Source: a virus. From it: DNA of 64,000 bases. Positions within the stretch are counted from its first letter, which is position 1; every line of letters begins with the position of its first letter. A program made the position numbers and the translations under genes. Below are positions 29,674 through 38,394 of the stretch, piece after piece. Below the pieces are notes generated by a model, which had not been told where the DNA came from, did not search any database, and worked only from the letters and a program-made list of their open reading frames with translations. Location of the stretch: positions 8,764 through 72,763 of the IMG/VR virus record IMGVR_UViG_3300020185_004010; one strand, 5' to 3'.

Positions 29674-31953
29674 TTCAGGCTCTGTTTCTTCATAGTGTTC
29701 TTTTAAAAATTTTTTTAATGAAGTTTGTCTTATGTTTGGATTAACATTCTCTACACTTCTAACCAAAGACTCTCTTTCTCCAATTAAAATAGCCATTTTT
29801 TTAGCCCTAGTTAGCCCTGTATATATTAAGTTTCTATATAACATGATAAAGTGCTCGCTAAGAACAGGCATTATTACAACTTCAAACTCAGAACCTTGAG
29901 ACTTGTGTATGCTAATGCTGTAAGCCAATTCTATCTCTATTATATTTTGCCTTTCATATTGTATTATTTTTGAAATATTGTCATTTCCATACTTTATTAT
30001 AAGACTAGAATCTTTTGAGTTTATTTTAGTTATATAACCAATATCTCCATTGAAAACATTTAAGTCATAATTGTTGGAAGTCTGTATAACCCTATCACCT
30101 TCTCTATATACCTTGTTTCCTATTTGTATTTCTTTTTTACCTTCTGAGCTGGGGTTTATTTTATTTTGAATTCTTTTATTTATCTCTCTAGTCCCGATAG
30201 AACCTTTGTTCATAGGTGTTAATATTTGAATCTCACTATTACCCATGTATTTAGATATTGTTTCAGAATATAATTTAACAATCATATCAAGCGCATCCAT
30301 ACCATAATTAAGTGTTGATTTTTCGACAAATTTAGCCCCATTTTTTTTCATTGAAGAATCTATAAACATACAGTCAACACCGCTTTTCCAAATACTAGGA
30401 ACTTTTAATGGTGTCTCTATATAAGGGACTTCGCCTTTATTTATTGAATGTGCACAAGTAATTATATTAGACTTTTCTGCTTGTCTAAAAACTTTTTTCA
30501 AATTATAAACTTGCACACAATTACTGTTAATCAAATCTGACATTAAGTTACCCGGCCCTACCGAAGGCAGTTGGTCTTTGTCTCCCACTAATAAAATTTG
30601 CGTACCTGGTGATATGGCTCTAAAAAAAGAAGATGCCAGCCTTATATCAATCATTGATGATTCGTCCAATATTATAAAATCACAATCTAACATATCTTTT
30701 TCCGACTTTCTAAAGTTACCGTTCCCAGCATCCCACTTTAAAAGTCTGTGTATAGTTTTTGACTGGTGACCTATGACTTCAGACATTCTTTGAGCAGCTC
30801 TTCCTGTGGGAGCTGCTAATAAAACTTCTTTGCCCATAAATTTCAACATGTCATATATATATTTCACGGTAGTGGTCTTACCCACCCCTGGGCCTCCTGT
30901 AAGTATTGACAATCCGTTTGAAACAACTCCGACAACAGAATTAAACTGTTCTTCACTAAGCTTGATGTCAGACTTATTCAACATAGAGCTTAACTGATTT
31001 TTAATATCCTCTTTATTATTTACGTATATTTTCTTTGATAATCTAATAATTTTTTCTGCAACGTATTTTTCATCATAATATATCTCTCTTGAGCAATATC
31101 TTTTTTCTTCTCCATTACCTTTTTGGATTTTTAAACATACGATACTTTCCTCTAACTCCTCTTTGTTTAATATATCATTTATTTTTTGCTTTGACTCTAT
31201 ATTAATCAACTTATAGATTCTTGTTTTAATTTGCTCTTTGGTTAAGTAGCAATGTCCATCAGATTGATTATTTGATAAAATATGATGAATTGCAGCAGAT
31301 AGTCTTTCATCACTATCTTTTGAAAAACCTAAACTCATAGCTAACTTGTCAGCCATAATAAATCCAGCACCAGTTATGTCTGATGCTAATTTGTATGGAT
31401 TTTTTTTAAGAATTGGAATAGAGTTAATTCCATATTCTTTATATATTTTTACAGAAAAAACAGTACTTATCATGTGTTCTTGTAAAAAAAGCATAATACT
31501 ATTCATTTCCTGATTGTTCTTCCAACTTTCCTTTAAAACTTTTAATTTGTTTCTGTTTATACCAGGAACTTCAGTCAATCTATCAATGTTATTTCTAAAA
31601 ACATCCAAAGCATCATCTTTAAAATACTTTACTATCTTTTTAGCCGTAACAGGACCAATGCCTGGGAAAAATCCTGAACTAAGGTATTTTATTACAGCTT
31701 CAGTTGTTGCTGGTGCCACTTCTTGACAAAAGCTTGCCTTGAATTGTTTTCCAAATTTAGGATGCTTAATCCAAGAGCCTGTAAATTTCATGGTAACTCC
31801 TTCGTACATTTCTGGTTGGTTTACAGTTATTGTAACGTTGTCCTTTGACTCTTTATTGTCAATAATTTCCACACTTATTATTCCATATCCATTTAATGGA
31901 TTGTGAAACTTTATTCTTTTTATAACACCAGTAAAAGAGTCTTCTTTTTTCAT
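29656..31953 (-). CDS. recD2: RecD2-like SF1B helicase
   Basis: N-terminal OB plus HhH (GIGPVTAKKI, NPYKL), Walker A GGPGVGKTT, LAAPTGRAA, Walker B ILDESSMID, VGDKDQLPSVGPG, LKKVFRQ, AYSISIHKSQGSEF, LIYTGLTRAK. Confidence 0.93.
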   Translation of the reverse strand: MKKEDSFTGVIKRIKFHNPLNGYGIISVEIIDNKESKDNVTITVNQPEMYEGVTMKFTGSWIKHPKFGKQFKASFCQEVAPATTEAVIKYLSSGFFPGIGPVTAKKIVKYFKDDALDVFRNNIDRLTEVPGINRNKLKVLKESWKNNQEMNSIMLFLQEHMISTVFSVKIYKEYGINSIPILKKNPYKLASDITGAGFIMADKLAMSLGFSKDSDERLSAAIHHILSNNQSDGHCYLTKEQIKTRIYKLINIESKQKINDILNKEELEESIVCLKIQKGNGEEKRYCSREIYYDEKYVAEKIIRLSKKIYVNNKEDIKNQLSSMLNKSDIKLSEEQFNSVVGVVSNGLSILTGGPGVGKTTTVKYIYDMLKFMGKEVLLAAPTGRAAQRMSEVIGHQSKTIHRLLKWDAGNGNFRKSEKDMLDCDFIILDESSMIDIRLASSFFRAISPGTQILLVGDKDQLPSVGPGNLMSDLINSNCVQVYNLKKVFRQAEKSNIITCAHSINKGEVPYIETPLKVPSIWKSGVDCMFIDSSMKKNGAKFVEKSTLNYGMDALDMIVKLYSETISKYMGNSEIQILTPMNKGSIGTREINKRIQNKINPSSEGKKEIQIGNKVYREGDRVIQTSNNYDLNVFNGDIGYITKINSKDSSLIIKYGNDNISKIIQYERQNIIEIELAYSISIHKSQGSEFEVVIMPVLSEHFIMLYRNLIYTGLTRAKKMAILIGERESLVRSVENVNPNIRQTSLKKFLKEHYEETEPELEFLN

Positions 31954-31954
31954 T

Positions 31955-33082
31955 TTAAATATTTTTAATTGTACTATCTATTTCATTGACTAAAAACATG
32001 CCCAAACTTCTCATTCCTAATTGTAAATCTTCCATCATGCCTAACAAAAACACTCTAACATTATCATCATTGTGCAAATCATAATCTGAATTATTTAATA
32101 TTTTGTCAATAACTTCACAGTGATTAACAAGTGATTTATATAGTATGCTAGGATTGTAATACCATAAAGACTTACTCTTATGATAAGCTAAAGCATTAGA
32201 GTTAAAATAATCTTTTGTGCTAACAATGATATCAATATCTATTAATTTTGAATAAGTTTCAGTTATAAACAAGCCTCCAGATTTAAGCAAAGACTCTTTG
32301 TTGAAAAGGTCTATTTCAAACTCTTTTTTTTGTAAATCATTAGAAAGAAGCATGCCAACCATAATGTTATAATATATTTTATAGTTTTTGTATTCAAAAA
32401 AATCATTTAAAATATTTATTATATCTTCAAATAAAACATCTTTTTTCCCTTTAAATTTCAATGTTGGTAAATATATTCTCCTAAGTTGAGAATCTATTTT
32501 TGGCTCTTCATGTTTCTTTTCGTTAATTATATCTAATAAAAGAATTTTTTTATCCAAATCACCCCTCAAAAACTTGCCCTTTATATGGTCTTCAAGTTCA
32601 ATTGAAGGTTTTAAATCTTTAGTGAACACCAATTCATCTGATTCATTTTCAAACAATCGGTTCATTCTCTTAAAATATTTCAATTTTGATTTTAATTTTG
32701 TGTAATCTTTTTCAGAAAAATCATGCATGTATGAAAAGCTTTTTTTACATAATTTTGATGATTTTAAAAATTTTGAAAACACAAATATAAAAAAGTCGTT
32801 TGCAGTCATTTTGACTCCACTAATCTTGTTTAAACTAGAAACATAATCATAAGACTCTCTTTCTTCAAAACATGATGCTATATTAAATCCGCTAGGATAT
32901 ATTATATCAGTTCTTTTTTTGCTGACAATATTATGCCTAAATCCAGAATCTTTTAACCAAAACATATTTTTAATAATACTTGGGTCTTGTTTGGTGTCTA
33001 AATTGTGCGGAAAATATAAATTTAATTTCCCATCTTTAATTTCGTCAAAAACATGGTTGTGAAGCATTTTTACATCTGCCAT
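31955..33082 (-). CDS. Hypothetical protein
   Basis: 375-aa ORF tightly coupled to recD2. I recognised no motif. Confidence 0.7.
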   Translation of the reverse strand: MADVKMLHNHVFDEIKDGKLNLYFPHNLDTKQDPSIIKNMFWLKDSGFRHNIVSKKRTDIIYPSGFNIASCFEERESYDYVSSLNKISGVKMTANDFFIFVFSKFLKSSKLCKKSFSYMHDFSEKDYTKLKSKLKYFKRMNRLFENESDELVFTKDLKPSIELEDHIKGKFLRGDLDKKILLLDIINEKKHEEPKIDSQLRRIYLPTLKFKGKKDVLFEDIINILNDFFEYKNYKIYYNIMVGMLLSNDLQKKEFEIDLFNKESLLKSGGLFITETYSKLIDIDIIVSTKDYFNSNALAYHKSKSLWYYNPSILYKSLVNHCEVIDKILNNSDYDLHNDDNVRVFLLGMMEDLQLGMRSLGMFLVNEIDSTIKNI

Positions 33083-33085
33083 ATC

Positions 33086-33451
33086 TTAAAGGTTTTCATT
33101 TTGTTCAACATCTTGCTCATTATCTTGCTCTCCAATTATTACGTCTCTATACATTTCTGCGGCTCTATTGCTAAGTATTACAAAATTAGCTGTTCCCCCT
33201 GTTCCTCTTTTGCGAATGAGTTTAGAATACTCGTCAATTCTAGAGCCTAAAAGCTTGTTCCACTCATTTGACATGTCTTCTCTTATTTTTTTATTAAAAA
33301 ACTCTAACAATAAAAATCTTTTATTTGGATTGTTTGAAGAAGGAACAGAACTTTGCGTCACATTAAAATGTGAAGTTCTGCTTTTTTTCGACATGTCCCA
33401 AATAGAGCTTTTATTCTTGTCTTTATTATTTTCATCTTCGTTTTTTAGCAT
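33086..33451 (-). CDS. Small protein containing a segment resembling T4-type major capsid protein
   Basis: EWNKLLGSRIDEYSKLIRKRGTGGTANFVILSNRAAEM resembles, from memory, the gp23-family segment W..TL...I...SN.I...T.RGGANF.V.S..VA. The CDS itself is well supported, the homology is tentative. Confidence 0.45.
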   Translation of the reverse strand: MLKNEDENNKDKNKSSIWDMSKKSRTSHFNVTQSSVPSSNNPNKRFLLLEFFNKKIREDMSNEWNKLLGSRIDEYSKLIRKRGTGGTANFVILSNRAAEMYRDVIIGEQDNEQDVEQNENL

Positions 33452-33459
33452 ATTATAAA

Positions 33460-33804
33460 TTAATTATCTTTTATTATCTTATGATTTTTAACGCCTTCTT
33501 TTTTAAAAGATTTTTGCTTTATCCTACTATAGTCCAATCCCAAATCCTTGAAGTACTCTTCCATTGTTGGAAGTGCCAAATTAAAGTAATCACATATAAT
33601 TTCTTCATACTCTTTCACTTCATCAGGCTCTAATCCTTCAGTTTCTATTTCAAACCCAGATACATATTTAACCTGCTCTTTCTCTATTTCAGCAAAAGAA
33701 TTGAAAGATTCTTTTAAAAATTTTGGAGCAATAATGTTTCTCACAGATTCTTTACCGTCTTTTTTGACATAATCAAATGTTATCTTCCTTATAAAGTCAG
33801 GCAT
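33460..33804 (-). CDS. Hypothetical protein, possibly WYL/SH3-like fold
   Basis: ITFDYVKKDGKESVRNIIAP resembles the WYL start (I.F.Y...G..S.R.V.P), followed by KYVSGFEI. Confidence 0.4.
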   Translation of the reverse strand: MPDFIRKITFDYVKKDGKESVRNIIAPKFLKESFNSFAEIEKEQVKYVSGFEIETEGLEPDEVKEYEEIICDYFNLALPTMEEYFKDLGLDYSRIKQKSFKKEGVKNHKIIKDN

Positions 33805-33847
33805 TTTAAACTATTTTAGATTATTAATAACTATTTATTTATAACAA

Positions 33848-33855
33848 CAAAAATA
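33848..33855 (-). promoter_or_regulatory. Possible Bacteroidota-type -7 element (TATTTTTG) for the 33804-29656 operon
   Basis: Plus strand caaaaata equals TAnnTTTG on the minus strand. No clear -33 element. Confidence 0.4.
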
Positions 33856-33872
33856 CGAAAAATAATATTGAT

Positions 33873-34355
33873 ATGAAAGAAAATAAGCTAATTTTAGGCT
33901 TTGAAAGCACTCAAGAATTATTTAGCTCTATACTAGGATTAAAAAATTCATTCATTAATTTCATACTAGCAGTGTGTACTGCTTTTACCTCCTTTGTCAC
34001 ACAATACATATGGGATGACGCTTCTGCTGTATATTTTTTACTGTTCTTAATAATAGTAGATGCTGGTACTGGTGTATGGAAATCTGTAAGAAATAGAACA
34101 TTTAGCAGTAGTAAACTTCCTAGAGTTTTAGTTATATCAATAATATATGTTTTAATGCTAGCTATAAGTTGGAATGCCGCAAAGCATTCAGAGCTTTTTT
34201 TGTGGCTTCCTGGTATGGTTTACGGAGGTCTAGTTGGAACTCCATTAGTTTCTATATATGAGAACTTTGCAGAACTAGGGTATGTGCCAAAAGGGTTGCT
34301 TTATGACATAAAAGAAAAGATAAAAAGTTATTTTAATAAAAAATATAAGAATTAA
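33873..34355 (+). CDS. Phage holin (holin_4_1 / toxin-secretion holin-like)
   Basis: Three hydrophobic segments, LIIVDAGTGVWKS...FSSSKL, SIYENFAELG and a basic C-terminus. Confidence 0.75.
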   Translation: MKENKLILGFESTQELFSSILGLKNSFINFILAVCTAFTSFVTQYIWDDASAVYFLLFLIIVDAGTGVWKSVRNRTFSSSKLPRVLVISIIYVLMLAISWNAAKHSELFLWLPGMVYGGLVGTPLVSIYENFAELGYVPKGLLYDIKEKIKSYFNKKYKN

Positions 34356-37300
34356 TATATTCTTCTAAACTGGCATCCGTCTTGGAATTTTAACCAATTT
34401 CTATCCTTAGAAAATTTAGTTAAATATATCCCTCCTTTTTCAACTAAGTCCTTTATTCTATCGTAAGCGTCAGACCAAACTACCATTCTAACACTTTCTC
34501 CACCATCACTTAATTCTAATGACCAATATTTTTTATTGTTTCTAGAAATTTTTTCAACAATATCCTTTATAACAAAGTAATAATATTTATCAGGGTTTTC
34601 AAAAGAAGTTACAGGTTCAACATTAAAATCATATTCATCCTTAAATTGTTTTTTTAATTTTGAAATTTTATTAAATAATTGCAAATCTAAACTACAAACG
34701 TCTATAAAATCTTTGTATTTAATATCTTTAGGGGTTGGCTCAAACTTCTCTTTAAGACTTTCTTCTATTATGTCAAACCTATTTTGACCAAATAAGTCCA
34801 TTTGCATAGTATTGCTTTTTATTTTAAACTTACGAAATTCCATAAGCTCTTCTCGAGACTCTGACCAATCATCAAAGACTCCCGCCTTTAAACAGGATTC
34901 GAAATTTGCTTTATTAAACTTTGAAAATTTATGCATAAAAAACTTATCTTTACCTACATTAGCAATATCTATTTTTTGCAATTCATCATAAGCAATTTCT
35001 CCCATTCCATTTATGCTAGAAAACCCCATCAAAATAGTTTCTTCATCTAACATTCCCCACTCCCACTTTGACTTTCTATTAGGTGGTAACACTTTTATGC
35101 CTTTAGCAAAGGCCGCCATTATAGCAGAGGACAACCAAGACTCATCATCTTTCGCATGATTTAATAATGCTGCATAAAATTCAGTAGGATAATACCTCTT
35201 CATAAACAAAGTTTGCATAGCAACATAACTGTAACTAACTGAATGTGAGCGATTAAAACTATAACCCAAATATTTAACAAGCCACTCTTCAATGTCCTTT
35301 ACTTCATTTTCCTTAAGACCTTTTTCTTTACAGCCCAACTTAAATTTATCCCAAAGAACTAAATACTCTTTATAGTTCTTATTGTTATATTCTTTTTCTT
35401 CTAACTTATCCCCAGACAAATTCTTTTTGATTATTTTAGAAGCCTTATCCATTACCTTTCTAAGATTATCACCTTCTCCCAAAGTCATACCAGCCAATTC
35501 ATGAGCAATAAACATAAGTTGCTCTTGAAATATTAATACTCCATTAGTATTTCTTAATAAAGGCTCTAAAGAAGGGTGTACTAAACTTATTTCTTCTGGG
35601 TTCTTCTTGTTTCTTATATACTCCTCATGAGCACCAACGCCCATAGGGCCAGGTCTGTAAAGTGCATTTGCAGCCACCATCTCTTCGAAACTTTCTGTAT
35701 GCATCTTTTTTATTAACTTAGACATTCCGTCTGATTCAAACTGAAAAACCCCTTGATTATTTCCTCCTCTTATCTCTTCAAATAAGTCTGAATTATCTAA
35801 ATCAACATATTTAACCTGTTCTGAAATATCTATACCTCTATTTTCTTTTACTAGTTTAATAGACTCTTTTAATATATTTAAAGTAGTCAAATTAAGCCTG
35901 TCAAGTTTTAATATGCCCAAATCAGATAAATCTTTACCACTTCCAGATTCTTGAAACCCAGAAACAGTTACTCCTTTTACCATATTTACTGGCATATACT
36001 CCCATACTGGGCCTGGTGTTATTACAATTCCAGCTGCATGTTTACCCAAATTTCTAACTTGACCTTGTAAAGTCAAGGTTGTATCCATAGTTTTTTTGTT
36101 AGCTGGATTTTCTATCCAACCCTTCACTAAATCAGATGCTTCTGGTGTTTTGGGGTGTTGTTCTAGCCAATCTTTTAGGTCGCCATCATATTTCATAAAC
36201 ATTTTAGGCATCTCTTTGGTTACTGCGAATATTTCGGAATCGAAACCCGCATCTCCTCCAAATGCTTTAACAACATCTTTTATACAACCCTTCTCGTTAA
36301 ATGTGGAAAATGTAATAACTGGGAATACGCACTCTTTTCCATATTTATTATATAGAAATTCATCAGTTTTCACGTCAGAGCCTGTCTCAAAATCTATGTC
36401 AATATCGGGTGGAGAATTTCTAGCTGGGTTTAAGAATCTCTCGAAATACAAATCAAACCTAAGAGGGTCTATTTTGGTAATGTCTAAACACCATGAAAGA
36501 AGACTTCCTGATGCACTTCCCCTTCCCGGACCAACTTCCACATCATTGTCTGCACAAAACCTAATAAGTTCCCATACAACCAAAAAATAGTCTAACATCT
36601 TCTTTTCTTTGATTACTTTTAATTCGTAATCTAACCTCTCTCTATATTTAACAACTTTTTCATCATCTATGTTGATTGGCCCTCTATCTTTATATATATT
36701 AAGTTTTTGATTTAGTTTTGCATGTGACAATCTTCTAATTATCTCTTCTCCATCATTGGTTCCAAAGTAATCGTAAACATCTTTAGTTGGTTTATACTTA
36801 GGATACTTTTCTACATCTGTCTCAAAATCAAAATTACATATAGAAGCAATTTTATCACTCGTAACCATACACATATTGATAAAGTCTTCACTATAATTAA
36901 ATTCATAGTCATTATTCATTTCTAAAATTTCAGACTTACCAACATAGTACATATCCCTACTATCTTTGGTTCTTGCTCTTTTTATTGACCTCTTTTGATT
37001 TATTGAAATCAAAACATCTTGAAGCACTTTATCTTTTTTTTCTGGGTAATATATGTCATTTGATATAATGATAGCCATATTGTACTTGTCAGACATGTTA
37101 ATAATGAAATTATTATAATTTCTTTGAACCTCATTGTCCTCCATTGATATTTCTGCTATATAAGACTTTTTACCAAATACATTTAGCATGTTTACTAAAT
37201 AATCTTCTGCATCTTTGTATTTGCCCATTTGCAAATACTTAGATATGGTTCCATTCTTTGAAGAAGTGGTCAACATTAGCCCTTCTTTATTTTCTAAAAT

Positions 37301-38335
37301 CCATGAAGTTTTTATTCTAGGAACCCTATAAAACCCTTCTGCAAATGATAAATAATTTATCTTATTAATATTAACGAAACCTTCTTTATTTGTAACAATT
37401 ATTTTCTGAATAACGTTTTTATCTTGCTGCTTGGGTTCATGTTCACCGCCTATGCTATCATTTAAGTGAAATTCACAACCTATTATAGGTTTTATATTTT
37501 TAGACTTACACTTTTGATAAAAAGAAAAGGCGCCAGACATACTGCCCTTATCAGTTAGCACTAAAGCTTTATGATTATGCTTTTTTGCTAAATCAACATA
37601 ATCAGATGTGCTACCAGCACCCTCTAAAACAGAATGATAAGTGTGAACTCCGAAATTAACCATAGACAACTCTTCGCTAAACTCTCCATTTTTAGACTTC
37701 CACTTATTAATCATGTTTTTTTGAGAAACATTTGAATATGTGTATTCTTTAAAATCTTCTCCAAACCCTAAAACCCCTATTCTTCTGAGCTCAAAAAAAC
37801 ATCTAGCCAAAGCCTCTACATCAACCAATGCATCATGAGCATCTTCAAATGCTTTATTAAATAATTTTTTATGTAATTCGGTAAGAGATGGAGGTTTTAA
37901 TCCCATTTTACCTTGTATTCTACAAAAGTCTATAGTTGAATTCATAGTACATATATTAACTATATCTCTCATCGAATTTTTCATGTTTAATCTAAAAAAT
38001 TCAGAAGCTGTAACTTTATTGTCAAAACTAATATTATGAGCTACAATAAAATTTGAATTTTCTAAATCTTTTGAAAATGCTTCCAAAACGCTAGAAATTG
38101 ATTGACCTTCTTTTTTTGCTCTCTCGTTAGTAATTCTATGAATTCTGATACTATCATCTGGTATTATAAAACCGTCTGGTCTTACTATTCTATTGTTGGA
38201 ACTAATTACTTTTCCATTTATATCATATACTTTCCAGGCCAACTGCACTATTCTTGGCCAATTATTAACATCACTAACTGGTGCGCTAAAATCTTCAGGA
38301 AGACCTGTGGTTTCTGTGTCAAATACTATAAACAT
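34352..38335 (-). CDS. dnaE: DNA polymerase III alpha (family C) with N-terminal DEDDh 3'-5' exonuclease
   Basis: Exonuclease motifs FDTETTG, AHNISFD, HDALVD. PHP domain (HTYHS, TDKG, GCEF). GPGRGSASGSL, FERFLNP, PDIDIDF, GVFQFES, LYRPGP, YSFNRSHS, QMDLF, C-terminal OB fold. ATG at 38335 preferred over the TTG at 38344. Confidence 0.95.
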   Translation of the reverse strand: MFIVFDTETTGLPEDFSAPVSDVNNWPRIVQLAWKVYDINGKVISSNNRIVRPDGFIIPDDSIRIHRITNERAKKEGQSISSVLEAFSKDLENSNFIVAHNISFDNKVTASEFFRLNMKNSMRDIVNICTMNSTIDFCRIQGKMGLKPPSLTELHKKLFNKAFEDAHDALVDVEALARCFFELRRIGVLGFGEDFKEYTYSNVSQKNMINKWKSKNGEFSEELSMVNFGVHTYHSVLEGAGSTSDYVDLAKKHNHKALVLTDKGSMSGAFSFYQKCKSKNIKPIIGCEFHLNDSIGGEHEPKQQDKNVIQKIIVTNKEGFVNINKINYLSFAEGFYRVPRIKTSWILENKEGLMLTTSSKNGTISKYLQMGKYKDAEDYLVNMLNVFGKKSYIAEISMEDNEVQRNYNNFIINMSDKYNMAIIISNDIYYPEKKDKVLQDVLISINQKRSIKRARTKDSRDMYYVGKSEILEMNNDYEFNYSEDFINMCMVTSDKIASICNFDFETDVEKYPKYKPTKDVYDYFGTNDGEEIIRRLSHAKLNQKLNIYKDRGPINIDDEKVVKYRERLDYELKVIKEKKMLDYFLVVWELIRFCADNDVEVGPGRGSASGSLLSWCLDITKIDPLRFDLYFERFLNPARNSPPDIDIDFETGSDVKTDEFLYNKYGKECVFPVITFSTFNEKGCIKDVVKAFGGDAGFDSEIFAVTKEMPKMFMKYDGDLKDWLEQHPKTPEASDLVKGWIENPANKKTMDTTLTLQGQVRNLGKHAAGIVITPGPVWEYMPVNMVKGVTVSGFQESGSGKDLSDLGILKLDRLNLTTLNILKESIKLVKENRGIDISEQVKYVDLDNSDLFEEIRGGNNQGVFQFESDGMSKLIKKMHTESFEEMVAANALYRPGPMGVGAHEEYIRNKKNPEEISLVHPSLEPLLRNTNGVLIFQEQLMFIAHELAGMTLGEGDNLRKVMDKASKIIKKNLSGDKLEEKEYNNKNYKEYLVLWDKFKLGCKEKGLKENEVKDIEEWLVKYLGYSFNRSHSVSYSYVAMQTLFMKRYYPTEFYAALLNHAKDDESWLSSAIMAAFAKGIKVLPPNRKSKWEWGMLDEETILMGFSSINGMGEIAYDELQKIDIANVGKDKFFMHKFSKFNKANFESCLKAGVFDDWSESREELMEFRKFKIKSNTMQMDLFGQNRFDIIEESLKEKFEPTPKDIKYKDFIDVCSLDLQLFNKISKLKKQFKDEYDFNVEPVTSFENPDKYYYFVIKDIVEKISRNNKKYWSLELSDGGESVRMVVWSDAYDRIKDLVEKGGIYLTKFSKDRNWLKFQDGCQFRRIY

Positions 38336-38341
38336 ATGACA

Positions 38342-38349
38342 CAAATATA
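38342..38349 (-). promoter_or_regulatory. Bacteroidota-type -7 element 6 nt upstream of the dnaE ATG
   Basis: Sense strand TATATTTG-TGTCAT-ATG. Confidence 0.55.
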
Positions 38350-38394
38350 AGATTTATAATTCTGAAGGGCAATTTTTTTATAATATTTATATGT

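Noticed and set aside
38336-38344. ORF-track start of dnaE at 38344 (TTG)
   Set aside because: It overlaps the TATATTTG promoter element. The ATG at 38335 gives MFIVFDTETTG, a typical DEDDh N-terminus.
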